DNA from: a bacterium
Lineage (GTDB): Bacteria > Patescibacteriota > Minisyncoccia > Phycocordibacterales > JBBTRF01
Length of the DNA: 64,000 nucleotides
Reading direction: 5' to 3'
Assembly: GCA_037130265.1 (NCBI GenBank)
Contig: JBAXTI010000001.1
Span: 171,086 to 235,085, forward strand
Shown: piece after piece, positions 45,759-55,277 of the stretch
Layout of the letters: each line of letters begins with the position of its first letter
How positions within the stretch are numbered: position 1 is the first letter of the stretch
The notes under the pieces: model-generated
The model's input: only the letters and a program-made list of their open reading frames with translations
Told to the model about the DNA's origin: nothing
Database searches by the model: none
Translations under genes and position numbers: made by a program

Positions 45759-47972
45759 CTATGCAGTCGGCCACTTTTCTACCATCAAGAGTGTTTGTTC
45801 GCCGGCAGTTTTTGGCAACAGCGACCAAATCTCTTCGGTGACAAACGGAATGAAGGGGTGCATTGCCTTTAGAATCGTGCGGTGGGTGTGAAGTAGAAAT
45901 TGCGCGCGTGAGGTTTTGTCGGCCGATGGGGCGACGGTCGGCACTGCATTGGGCGCAGCCGATCCAAGAATCGCCTTGCTGTCTTCTAGGATGATATCGG
46001 CGAAGCGATGCCAGATGTAGTGATACAGCTTTTCGGCGACGAGGTAGAACTTGTTTTCATCCATTTCCTTGGTAATCTCGGCAACAAGCGTGTCTCGTTC
46101 GGCGACCAGTGCCTTGTCGGCTTCAGACCAGGCGGTGAAAGTGGGGTCATAGGCAAAAGCCGTGGTACCACCAGCGCCAGAGGTGCTCTCGAGCACGAAT
46201 CGGCTGATATTCCAGAGCTTGTTTGCAAAGTTTTTGTACCCACGGATTTTGTCTTCGGAGAGGGCGAGATTGGTACCCGGCGTGTTGCCGACGATGAGTC
46301 CGATACGCAAAGCGTCGGTGCCGTACTTGACGATGAGGTCTGTTGGATTGACCACATTGCCCTTGCTCTTGCTCATCTTCTTGCCTTGAGCGTCGTTCAC
46401 GAGGCCGTGGAGGTATACGGTATGGAATGGAGCCTTGCCGGTGAGATAGAGGCCGAAGATCACCATGCGAGGGATCCATTTGAAGATGAGGTCGGAGCCG
46501 GTCTCCATGATGTCTGTTGGGTAGAAGGATTTACAATCGCCACGCGCGCTGCCGTCTTTAGAGCTATTGTAGCCGAGCGAAAGGAGTGGCCACTGGCCCG
46601 ATGAGAACCAGGTGTCGAAGGTGTCAGTGTCGGCGCGGAGAGCCGTTGCCGATTTGCATGTAGGGCAGGTGGTGAGTGTACCTTCGAGGTCAGGTGCAGC
46701 GAAACCGCAGGCGTCACAAATCTTGGCCGGGATTGGGATACCCCAGACGATCTGTCGGGAAATGTTCCAATCGAGCGTGTTGTTCATCCAGTAGAGGAAA
46801 ATCTTGCGGTAATTGTCGGGCTGGAAGACTACTTCTCCGGCCTCCACGGATTTGATTGCTTTCTCAGCGAGCGGCTGCATCTTCACAAACCATTGTGGAA
46901 GAATCTGCGGCTCGATCGCGGTCTCGCATTTGTAACAGACAGGGACATTGTGCACGTATTTCTCGTCGACTTTCACGAGCAGCCCCTTTGCCTTGAGTTT
47001 TTCGACAATTTTTGGACGTGCCTCAGCGATTTTCAATCCTGCAAATTCGCCAGCGATTGGGAGAAGCTTGCCGCGCATGTCGATGACTTGCTCGCGATCC
47101 AGTTTGTGACGCTCTGCAATACCAAAGTCCACCGCATCGTGCCATGGAGTGATGGTCATCACTCCAGTACCGAATTCCATGTCGATCGCTTCGTCTTTGA
47201 TGATGGTCGCAGTGATCGGACCATTGATCCATTCTGCCGTGAGCTGTTGACCATGCTTGTATTCCGCGTAACGTTTGTCGTCGGGGTGCATGACCACGTA
47301 TTTGTCGCCGAATTTTGTCTCGGGTCGAGCGGTGCTGATGGTGAAGGGGCCATATTTGAAATAGTAGAAAGGGTCAACCTTTTCCTTGCTCTCGGTCTCC
47401 ACGTCGGAAAGGGAGGTGGCATGCTTTGAACACCAATTTACAATACGTGAACCACGATATACGAGGCCATCGTCGTACATTTTTTTGAAGGTGCGATGTG
47501 TTTCTGCCACAACGTCAGGGTCGAGGGTGAACTTCTCACGAGACCAATCACATGAGGCGCCGAGCGCACGCACCTGGGCCTCCATGTTGCCTTTGTTTTC
47601 GAGGGTAAAGGCGAGGATCTCTTTGTAGAGGTCCTGAGGGTCCATTTTGAAACGGGATCGGCCTTCTTTCTCAAGCTTTTTTTCGTACACGATCTGTGTC
47701 TCAAATCCTGCGTGGTCGGCACCAGGTACCCAAAGGGTCTTGAAGCCTTGCATGCGCTTGTAGCGGATCATGATGTCCTCAAGGGCGATAGCGAGGGCGT
47801 GGCCGACGTGAAGATTGCCGTTGGCGTTTGGCGGCGGCATCACGATGGTGAAGGGCTTCTGGTGGCGGGTAGGGAGCTTGTCGGGATTAAAAAAACCGCT
47901 CTCTTGCCAGCGCGTGTAGATATTTGCCTCGGTATCCTGAGGAGAATACGGCTTCAGAAATTTGTCGTTCAT
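45759..47972 (-). CDS. valS: Valine--tRNA ligase (short form)
   Basis: PPPNANGNLHVGH, DHAG, WNISRQIVWG, DTFDTWFSS, KMSKS. Confidence 0.95.
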   Translation of the reverse strand: MNDKFLKPYSPQDTEANIYTRWQESGFFNPDKLPTRHQKPFTIVMPPPNANGNLHVGHALAIALEDIMIRYKRMQGFKTLWVPGADHAGFETQIVYEKKLEKEGRSRFKMDPQDLYKEILAFTLENKGNMEAQVRALGASCDWSREKFTLDPDVVAETHRTFKKMYDDGLVYRGSRIVNWCSKHATSLSDVETESKEKVDPFYYFKYGPFTISTARPETKFGDKYVVMHPDDKRYAEYKHGQQLTAEWINGPITATIIKDEAIDMEFGTGVMTITPWHDAVDFGIAERHKLDREQVIDMRGKLLPIAGEFAGLKIAEARPKIVEKLKAKGLLVKVDEKYVHNVPVCYKCETAIEPQILPQWFVKMQPLAEKAIKSVEAGEVVFQPDNYRKIFLYWMNNTLDWNISRQIVWGIPIPAKICDACGFAAPDLEGTLTTCPTCKSATALRADTDTFDTWFSSGQWPLLSLGYNSSKDGSARGDCKSFYPTDIMETGSDLIFKWIPRMVIFGLYLTGKAPFHTVYLHGLVNDAQGKKMSKSKGNVVNPTDLIVKYGTDALRIGLIVGNTPGTNLALSEDKIRGYKNFANKLWNISRFVLESTSGAGGTTAFAYDPTFTAWSEADKALVAERDTLVAEITKEMDENKFYLVAEKLYHYIWHRFADIILEDSKAILGSAAPNAVPTVAPSADKTSRAQFLLHTHRTILKAMHPFIPFVTEEIWSLLPKTAGEQTLLMVEKWPTA

Positions 47973-48038
47973 GTTGATGTATCATAGCAAAAACGAGCGC
48001 TTTTTTCAAAAAATGGCCCGCTCACGAAGTTTTGCGAT

Positions 48039-49694
48039 TTAGAGAGACAAATTGCCCTTCACGATCGGCGCTCGCTGGCTACTCGCGCCTTTTAGTGTGG
48101 CCGCTACGGCAATCATAATGGCGTTGTCGGTTGAGAGGTCGCTGGTCGGTAGGAAAAGGGGAATGGAATACTGCTTTGTGAGGGTTTCAAAAGCACCCCG
48201 GAGCACCTTGTTGGCGATGACGCCGCCGCCGATGATGAGGGATTGAGTATTGTGTTGTTCAATGGCGAGTGTGGTCTTTTTCGTGAGCACCTCGGCGATA
48301 GCCTGCTCGGTTTCGTACGCGATTTCGGCTTTGTCGGCATCGGTGAGCGGTCGTGTCTTTTCGATCTCTTTGGTGAGATACAGCGCGGCAGTTTTGAGTC
48401 CAGAAAATGAGAAGTCGAGGTCTTTCGAATGAATCATTGGCCGAGGCAAGGTGTACTGGCTCGCGGTGACCGTCTTGGCGAGGGCACTGATCTGTGGGCC
48501 GCCAGGGTATGGCATACCTAGTATGCGCGCGACTTTATCGAAAGCTTCGCCCACCGCGTCGTCGCGCGTCTTTCCGATGATCTCGTATGAGCCAAGAGCC
48601 GATACCAAGACTAGCTCGGTGTGGCCGCCGCTGATGAGTAATGAGAGTGCTGGCAACGGCGGCTTCGCAAGCTCCGCAAGGCCACTGTGCGACTGTGTAG
48701 TGAGAAGAGAGGCGACAATGTGACCTTCCATGTGGTTGATCGGCATGATTGGAATATTCCAAAGTAATGCCAACGCTTTCGCAAAGCCAACACCGACCCA
48801 GAGTGCTGGTTCGAGGCCTGGTCCTTCGGTGACGGCGATCATGTCGACTGCGGGGCGAGTGAGTGGAGTTTTTGGGGTTGCAGACGAGCTGTGTCGCTCG
48901 ATGAATTTCTCAAAGAGGGCGAGTAGTTCGGCTTCACGGGCGAGAATGATGCGAATTTCCGCGAGTACCGCTTCACTTGCGCCGTTCCAGGCGACCGTTG
49001 GCAGTGTTGTCGCATCTTCTATCTTCGCCGCTTCGTCAAATAATATTTTCTCTAGCAATGGTACAAGGTTTCGGCCGTGCTCTCTCTTTGCCAACACAGG
49101 AAACACGCCGCCATATGGGCGATGGATGTCGATTTGCGAGATTAATTCATGTCCGAGTACCTGGACATTCCGACCTTGCGTGCGGACGAGACTGAGCGCT
49201 GTTTCGTCACAGCTGGTTTCGATGCCGAGGATGATTCGTGGTGATCTGATTGATATAAAAAAGTCGAGAATCATCTGCCTGTGCCCTTCGAGGAATTCGC
49301 CGCTGGCACGAATCTCCGATTCGGACATAAAAATACCATACTGACCTTCCCCGATCTTTACTTGCTTCTCGAAATCCGGCGTCACCAGCAGCGTATATTC
49401 GTGTGCTCGAACCTTGCCGAAAGAATCAGCGTAGTCGTAGGTGCCGAGCGTGGTCAAGGCTTCCTTGAAAGCGGGAAGCTCGAGGTCGATGTTGAGCTCC
49501 TCGAGAATTTCGCGGTGCAGGCCTTGCTCAGGCGTTTCACCCGCTTCGATGCCGCCACCAAAGAGGCCAAATACGTCGGGATTTCTTCGCGCATCTTTTG
49601 ATCGACGTTGCACGAAAGCGTAGCGCTCGTTATTTTGGTCAGACAAAAAATACGGGATCAAGCCTGCTGCATGCTTATGCATATCTACTGTCAT
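48039..49694 (-). CDS. tsaD: NUDIX-TsaD fusion (t6A37 threonylcarbamoyltransferase)
   Basis: N-terminal Nudix box GGGIEAGETPEQGLHREILEEL; then GIETSCDET, GPGL, NHMEGH, SGGHT, DDAVGEAFDK, FSFSGLKT, DNAIMI. Confidence 0.9.
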   Translation of the reverse strand: MTVDMHKHAAGLIPYFLSDQNNERYAFVQRRSKDARRNPDVFGLFGGGIEAGETPEQGLHREILEELNIDLELPAFKEALTTLGTYDYADSFGKVRAHEYTLLVTPDFEKQVKIGEGQYGIFMSESEIRASGEFLEGHRQMILDFFISIRSPRIILGIETSCDETALSLVRTQGRNVQVLGHELISQIDIHRPYGGVFPVLAKREHGRNLVPLLEKILFDEAAKIEDATTLPTVAWNGASEAVLAEIRIILAREAELLALFEKFIERHSSSATPKTPLTRPAVDMIAVTEGPGLEPALWVGVGFAKALALLWNIPIMPINHMEGHIVASLLTTQSHSGLAELAKPPLPALSLLISGGHTELVLVSALGSYEIIGKTRDDAVGEAFDKVARILGMPYPGGPQISALAKTVTASQYTLPRPMIHSKDLDFSFSGLKTAALYLTKEIEKTRPLTDADKAEIAYETEQAIAEVLTKKTTLAIEQHNTQSLIIGGGVIANKVLRGAFETLTKQYSIPLFLPTSDLSTDNAIMIAVAATLKGASSQRAPIVKGNLSL

Positions 49695-49697
49695 GTG

Positions 49698-49770
49698 TGG
49701 GCGGTACAGGGCTCGAACCTGTTACCTCGTCGACGTCAACGACGCGCTCTACCAAGTGAGCTAACCGCCC
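49698..49770 (-). tRNA. tRNA-Val(GAC)
   Basis: GGGCGGT/ACCGCCC acceptor, CGTCG-TT-GAC-GT-CGACG, GGTTCGAGCCC. Confidence 0.95.
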
Positions 49771-49873
49771 AAAATATCAATCAAATACCAATGAATACAG
49801 CGTAGCAGATTTTCGAACATCGTGCTACTATTTTGCTATATTTAGTGTAATGCAGACTATTTAGATCACCTTT

Positions 49874-51256
49874 ATGTTGAAAAACCACTCTCCATGGATC
49901 CATCAGCTCAAACGTACCCGACCAGCGGTGCCGTTGAGTGGGGATGTCGAGACTGATGTGGTGGTCGTGGGTGGTGGAATTGCCGGAATCTCCACGGCGT
50001 ATTTTCTCCTCAAGGAAACGAACAAGCGTGTGCTCCTCCTCGAAGCCGACAAGATTGCTCATGGTGCCAGCGGTCACAATGCCGGACAAATCACTTCATA
50101 TTTCGAGCGGCCAATCCACGATATCGCAAAAGAGTTCGGCCTCTCGATGGCGATCGCGGGACAGCGGGCCGTGGAGTCGGCTTGGGCGTTGATCGACCAA
50201 ATGATGGCGGATGCGGGCCTAAAAACACCCATCTATCGCTTCACTGGCTACGCTGGCTGCACCGGCCTAGATGACCTTCTGACCGTGTTTAAGAACAACG
50301 CATGTCGGCTAAAGGGCGGTCTGCCAATTGAATCAATTATGGTGGCTCAAGAATTCGACCGACTCAAGGAGATTCCGAAGGAGTATCGAGATCTGTATAT
50401 TGTCGCGCCTCAGTCGGACATTTTGGCTCTGCTCGAGACGAACAATCCCGACTATATCGCATCTTTCTCATACCAAAAGGGCTGTACGAACAGTGCGCTC
50501 TTGTGTGAGGAGTTGCTTGCATATCTCGCCAACACGTTCAAGGATCGCTTTTCGTTTTTCGAACAGAGTCCGGTGGAAACGGTGATTTTGCGTGATGCTG
50601 GCGGCGTGGTGAAGGTGGGGGATTACACGATCTTGTGCGAGCGGATCGTGCTCTGCACTAATGGCTTCACACATTTCACCATCCAAAACTTGGCCGGTGC
50701 CGAAGTAGACACTTCTTTTCATCACTCAGTGCACGGACGCATCGGCTACATGGCCGGCTATGTCGAACCGCTCGACAGTCCGCCCACGGCGATCAGCTAT
50801 TTCATGAAGGAGAACGATATTCCCGGCGATCCGACTGGCGACGCCTATTTCTATCTCACGCGCCGGCCGCATGAACATGAAGAAAAGAAAGATGTGCCAC
50901 ACAATTTGATCTGCACCGGTGGTCCGGAGAAAGTGTTGCCGAACATGGCGATCTATTCACGCGAGGACGAGCTATCGGAGGAATATCGCGAGAAGATCGA
51001 CATGTTTTTGCGACAGAATTATCGAAAGTATCCCGGCGAACAAACCGAATACGCTTTTTCATGGCACGGCCTAATGGGGTATACGCCAAATGGTATCCGT
51101 CGCGTCGGTACTGAGCCCTGCAACCCAGTCTTGCTCTACAATCTCGGCTGCAACGGCGTCGGTATTTTACCTTCTATCTTCGGCGGCAAGCGCATCGCGC
51201 AGATTGTTCGTGGTGACAAGTTGGAACCGTCGATTTTTGATCCGGGGAGGAAGTAG
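49874..51256 (+). CDS. FAD-dependent oxidoreductase (DAO/PuuB-like)
   Basis: VVGGGIAG, GASGHNAG, W.GLMGYT, GCNGVG. Confidence 0.85.
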   Translation: MLKNHSPWIHQLKRTRPAVPLSGDVETDVVVVGGGIAGISTAYFLLKETNKRVLLLEADKIAHGASGHNAGQITSYFERPIHDIAKEFGLSMAIAGQRAVESAWALIDQMMADAGLKTPIYRFTGYAGCTGLDDLLTVFKNNACRLKGGLPIESIMVAQEFDRLKEIPKEYRDLYIVAPQSDILALLETNNPDYIASFSYQKGCTNSALLCEELLAYLANTFKDRFSFFEQSPVETVILRDAGGVVKVGDYTILCERIVLCTNGFTHFTIQNLAGAEVDTSFHHSVHGRIGYMAGYVEPLDSPPTAISYFMKENDIPGDPTGDAYFYLTRRPHEHEEKKDVPHNLICTGGPEKVLPNMAIYSREDELSEEYREKIDMFLRQNYRKYPGEQTEYAFSWHGLMGYTPNGIRRVGTEPCNPVLLYNLGCNGVGILPSIFGGKRIAQIVRGDKLEPSIFDPGRK

Positions 51257-51265
51257 CTTTTTGTT

Positions 51266-51356
51266 TGGCGGAAAGGGAGGGATTCGAACCCTCGTAGAGC
51301 TTTCGCCCTCAGCCGATTTCGAGTCGGAGCCGTTGTGACCGCTTCGGTACCTTTCC
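51266..51356 (-). tRNA. tRNA-Ser(CGA)
   Basis: GGAAAGG/CCTTTCC acceptor, CCGA-CT-CGA-AA-TCGG, long variable arm, GGTTCGAATCC, CCA. Confidence 0.93.
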
Positions 51357-52349
51357 TTTGTTCTTGTCGGCGAAAAATCGATTGTACCGCTTCGCTATTT
51401 TCTCGTTCGATGACCCAATCTCTCGGAAATACTTTTTTATATCGGGCTCTCTTCTAAGAAACACTGCATATTTAGTTGTCTGCGTTGGATGCAAACCCAA
51501 CCTCTCGAGTGTCTTTTTGAAGAAGTAAACTAGTGGTAGCGATCGGTTCGTAAAATTGAGCGCACAATAAGAATATAGAGTATTTTTGCGCAAATGTCTA
51601 TCTACGTAAAAGCAGCCATCCGTGTCTAGTAAGCCGCGGACACACGCTTTGCTAAATCCAATATTTTGTTCGATCCACTTAGGGACCGCCACCTGCTCTT
51701 TGACCTTATTTCCTGGATACAAACCCATCTTCCCAAGTAGTTTTACAAAGGCGACGCGTGAGATGCGTATCAATATTACTCGCCTGTTATTTTGAGGAGT
51801 CGCCGTCGGCCTCTCGCCGAAAATCTCTTCAAAAAGATCGCATACATATACTGAATATGCCGCATCGTCCTCTTTGTGAAGGGTGATGCTCACCTGTCTC
51901 TCTGTGATACCTCCATCTCCTAGTATGATACCAATCAATTCAGCAAGCTTTTTTGTGTGTTTTGGCTTCTTTATCTTTCTCGCGATAAACGGACCAGTGA
52001 GGACTTTTTTCATGCTCTTTATTGCACGAAGCCCTCCAAGCCTCCTTCCTTCAACTGTTCCAGGGTTTCCGTGTAAACGTATTCGCGCCTTACCTCCAAG
52101 GAGAGCCGCTTTGATCTTTTGTTCTTTTTCGTCAATTTTCTCAGCGCGCCGAGGTGCTTCAACTCCGTATTTTCCGTACACATGATCCAGAAATTTCTCA
52201 GGAATGGACACTTTTCCTCGTCTCCAGTCAAAAAGGTTCCTTCTGGTTACGCCATACTCGTTACTAATTTCTGGCCAGGCCAATCCAGATCTTTCCTGGA
52301 TGTTCCTAAAGAATTCTTCCAAATTTTCTTTGTGAAACCTGAAGCGCAT
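51309..52349 (-). CDS. Free-standing LAGLIDADG homing-endonuclease-like protein with N-terminal HTH
   Basis: LAELIGIILGDGGI and CVRGLLDTDGCF motifs; HTH-like N-terminus; last 16 codons overlap tRNA-Ser(CGA). Confidence 0.85.
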   Translation of the reverse strand: MRFRFHKENLEEFFRNIQERSGLAWPEISNEYGVTRRNLFDWRRGKVSIPEKFLDHVYGKYGVEAPRRAEKIDEKEQKIKAALLGGKARIRLHGNPGTVEGRRLGGLRAIKSMKKVLTGPFIARKIKKPKHTKKLAELIGIILGDGGITERQVSITLHKEDDAAYSVYVCDLFEEIFGERPTATPQNNRRVILIRISRVAFVKLLGKMGLYPGNKVKEQVAVPKWIEQNIGFSKACVRGLLDTDGCFYVDRHLRKNTLYSYCALNFTNRSLPLVYFFKKTLERLGLHPTQTTKYAVFLRREPDIKKYFREIGSSNEKIAKRYNRFFADKNKGKVPKRSQRLRLEIG

Positions 52350-52476
52350 CTTTCTATTTTATCAGATATATTCAGATATTTACATTACACATGTCATCCA
52401 CAACACATTTTTTGCCATTTTTTCAAAAAATGCTATGATAAATCGCGTTATCGGGAAGGCCTGGTGACAAATAGGT

Positions 52477-52548
52477 GGCCCTATCGTCTAACGGTTAGGA
52501 CACGGCCTTTTCAAGGCTGGAATCAGAGTTCGATTCTCTGTAGGGTCA
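52477..52548 (+). tRNA. tRNA-Glu(TTC)
   Basis: GGCCCTA/TAGGGTC acceptor, CGGCC-TT-TTC-AA-GGCTG, AGTTCGATTCT. Confidence 0.95.
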
Positions 52549-52573
52549 TGCGTTTTTCGGGTATAATACGAAC

Positions 52574-53251
52574 ATGAGAGATATCGCACAAAAACACGTC
52601 GTATTTTGGAAAGATACGACGGTGTTGCGCCGAGTCGTTTTTGGCGTGCTTTTGCTGGCGATTGGTATGTTGTCTATCTATTATTCCCGCGAGTATACGA
52701 GCGACCATCTGGGAAGCGTGGTTCCGGATATTATTTTGGACAATGTGCCAGTGATGCGTGTGGGACTTATCTTCTTTCAGGGCGCTTTCGCTTTCTTTCT
52801 CGTGCTCGTTGGTGTACTTCTTTGGGAGCCGAAGTATATACCGTTTACTCTTGAGACGAGCTCGGTCTTTTTTCTTACACGGTCAGTATTCATGATCATG
52901 ACGCATCTCTCGGCGCCGGCGGTGGAATACTACACCTATACGAGTCGTGATCATCATGTATCGACGGTCCTTTTTACTCTGAGTTCTGGCAACGACCTCT
53001 TCTTTTCTGGACATGCCGGTTTTCCGTTCCTCGTCGCCCTTATTTTCTGGAAGCAGAAGCCGCTTAGATATTTTTTCCTCGTGTGTTCACTTATCGGGTC
53101 CGTCGCGGTACTACTCGGGCATTTGCACTATTCGATCGACGTGTTTTCGGCCTTCTTCATCGCATACGGTGTTTTCGAAATCAGCAAGAGAATTTTCAAG
53201 AGAGAGCATGTATTTGAGGAGTCGTTGGAAACGCTAAAATCATTAAAATAA
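52574..53251 (+). CDS. PAP2-related membrane protein (sphingomyelin-synthase-like C-terminal motifs)
   Basis: NDLFFSGH and HLHYSIDV motifs; 6 TM. Confidence 0.8.
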   Translation: MRDIAQKHVVFWKDTTVLRRVVFGVLLLAIGMLSIYYSREYTSDHLGSVVPDIILDNVPVMRVGLIFFQGAFAFFLVLVGVLLWEPKYIPFTLETSSVFFLTRSVFMIMTHLSAPAVEYYTYTSRDHHVSTVLFTLSSGNDLFFSGHAGFPFLVALIFWKQKPLRYFFLVCSLIGSVAVLLGHLHYSIDVFSAFFIAYGVFEISKRIFKREHVFEESLETLKSLK

Positions 53252-53261
53252 ACATCTCAAT

Positions 53262-53834
53262 ATGGAACACGTTGTCTCGCTCATCTCTGCATATGGTTTC
53301 TGGATCTTGTTGCCGATCATGATCGTCGAGGGACCGATTATTACGATCATTGCCTCTTTTTTGGCTTCGCTCGGTACCTTGAACATTGTTGCCGTCTACT
53401 GCTTCGCACTCTTGGGAAATGTCATTGGTGACCTGTTGTACTATGTTGCTGGTCGCTATGGCGGTCTGCCGTTTGTCGAGAAATACGGAAAGTATATCGG
53501 ACTCAAAAAAGAGGCGATTGCGTATGTTGAAAATCACTACCAGAACCATCTGTTCCGAACCTTGCTTATTGCGAAAGTGACAGAAGCTTTTGTTGTGCCA
53601 ACACTCGCAACGGCGGGAATCATGAAGGCCGACATTCGAAAATTTACCTTGCTCGTGACGGCTATTGAGATACCGAAGGTGTTCCTTATTGTGTGTGTCG
53701 GATACTTCTTCGGAAAGCATTATGTTGAGATTGGGGACTATCTTCAGAAAAGTGAGCTCGCACTCGGTGGATTGATTATTCTCCTCGTGTGCGTATTTTT
53801 TGCATACAAAAAGTGGAAACCAAAAGGTATATGA
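53262..53834 (+). CDS. DedA/VTT-domain membrane protein
   Basis: IVEGP, GNVIGDLLYY.AGRYGG. Confidence 0.85.
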   Translation: MEHVVSLISAYGFWILLPIMIVEGPIITIIASFLASLGTLNIVAVYCFALLGNVIGDLLYYVAGRYGGLPFVEKYGKYIGLKKEAIAYVENHYQNHLFRTLLIAKVTEAFVVPTLATAGIMKADIRKFTLLVTAIEIPKVFLIVCVGYFFGKHYVEIGDYLQKSELALGGLIILLVCVFFAYKKWKPKGI

Positions 53835-55273
53835 AGACATTTTCCTGCATTATTCCGGCATACAACGAGGCGGCAGGTATCGGGAGGACACTCGAGGTCG
53901 TTTCGCCGCTTATCGGTTCCGCACTTCTCGAGGTGATCGTGGTTGACGATGGGTCAAAAGATCGGACACGCGAGATTGTGAAAGGTTTTTCTAACGTTCG
54001 CCTGATCGAGAATGAGGTCAATAAAGGGAAGAGTGCGTCTGTGGCTGCTGGGATTGCGGCTGCGGCGGGCGAATATATCTTTCTGCTCGATGCCGACCTG
54101 CGCGGGCTGAATGCACAGAATATTCACGACATCATTGCGCCGGTGAAAAACGGCTCGGCTGATTTCTCGATCAGCTACCGAAAGAATGCTTGGCCACTTT
54201 TTCCTTTCAAAAAGATAGATTACCTCTCCGGAGAGCGGGTGCTGTCGAAGGCATCGCTTCTCCCTGTGCTTTCAGAGATGACGCAGTTGCCTGGGTATGG
54301 CTTGGAAGTATTTTTGAATGGTGTCATCCTGCGTAATGTTATGCGTATTGCTGTCGTGCCATGGCCGAATGTCGAGAATACGTTTAATCAAGACGGCCAG
54401 AGCTGGGTCGCGGTGACTCGCAAAACATTGAGGATTTGGCGCAATGTCCTCTCGACGATTTCGGTTTTCGAGATGTATTCGCAGAATTTGCGCCTGAGAA
54501 AACTGCTGGTTTCTGAAGCTGCACCGCGACCCCGACTGAAATTGAGCTTCGTGATCCCTGCGCACAATGAAGAGAAAGTGATTGCTCAGTGTATTGAGTC
54601 GGTACAAAAGGAGATTGCTCGCTATGATTTCGACACGGAGATCGTGGTGGTGAATAACAACAGTAAAGACCGTACCAAGGAGATCGTCGGCCGTATGCCA
54701 GGTGTCACGCTCGTCGATGAGACGCAAAAAGGCCTCGTATTCGCGCGAAAATGCGGTCTAGAGCACTCTACGGGTGAACTCATCGCCAATATCGATGCTG
54801 ACGTCGTGGTGCCTGAAGGCTGGCTTTCTACGGTGATGATGGCTTTTGCTCGGGATCCACATCTTGTTGCCCTGAGTGGTCCGTATATCTACCACGACCT
54901 AGGCTTGGTGCGCCGGATTTTGGTTCGATTGTTCTACTATCTCGGCTATGCTGGCTATATTTTGAACAGTAAAGTGTTTCGTATCAGCGGCATGCTTCAG
55001 GGTGGTAATTTCATCGTCCGTCGTGACGCCATGGCAAAGATCGGCGGCTACGATACTCGCATCGCCTTCTATGGCGAAGATACTGATGTAGCAAAGCGTA
55101 TTTTTAAGGTGGGAAAAGTGCTGTGGACGTTCCAGTTGCCAATGTACACTTCTGGTCGTCGATTTCGAGAGGAGGGACTCGCGACCATGGGCATCAAGTA
55201 CGCCATGAACCACGTGTGGCCGATCTTTTTCTCAAAGCCATTTACGACGGTATACAAAGATATCCGTGAATAA
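53831..55273 (+). CDS. Tandem double GT2 glycosyltransferase
   Basis: Two GT2 domains: IIPAYNE..VDDGSKD..LDAD and VIPAHNE..IDAD..GEDTD..TSGRR. Confidence 0.88.
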   Translation: MKTFSCIIPAYNEAAGIGRTLEVVSPLIGSALLEVIVVDDGSKDRTREIVKGFSNVRLIENEVNKGKSASVAAGIAAAAGEYIFLLDADLRGLNAQNIHDIIAPVKNGSADFSISYRKNAWPLFPFKKIDYLSGERVLSKASLLPVLSEMTQLPGYGLEVFLNGVILRNVMRIAVVPWPNVENTFNQDGQSWVAVTRKTLRIWRNVLSTISVFEMYSQNLRLRKLLVSEAAPRPRLKLSFVIPAHNEEKVIAQCIESVQKEIARYDFDTEIVVVNNNSKDRTKEIVGRMPGVTLVDETQKGLVFARKCGLEHSTGELIANIDADVVVPEGWLSTVMMAFARDPHLVALSGPYIYHDLGLVRRILVRLFYYLGYAGYILNSKVFRISGMLQGGNFIVRRDAMAKIGGYDTRIAFYGEDTDVAKRIFKVGKVLWTFQLPMYTSGRRFREEGLATMGIKYAMNHVWPIFFSKPFTTVYKDIRE

Positions 55274-55277
55274 AAAA

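Noticed and set aside
51309-52548. LAGLIDADG ORF as part of a tRNA group I intron or an intein
   Set aside because: Both flanking tRNAs are complete and uninterrupted; no intron core or intein splice motifs (N-terminal C/S, C-terminal HN) were seen.
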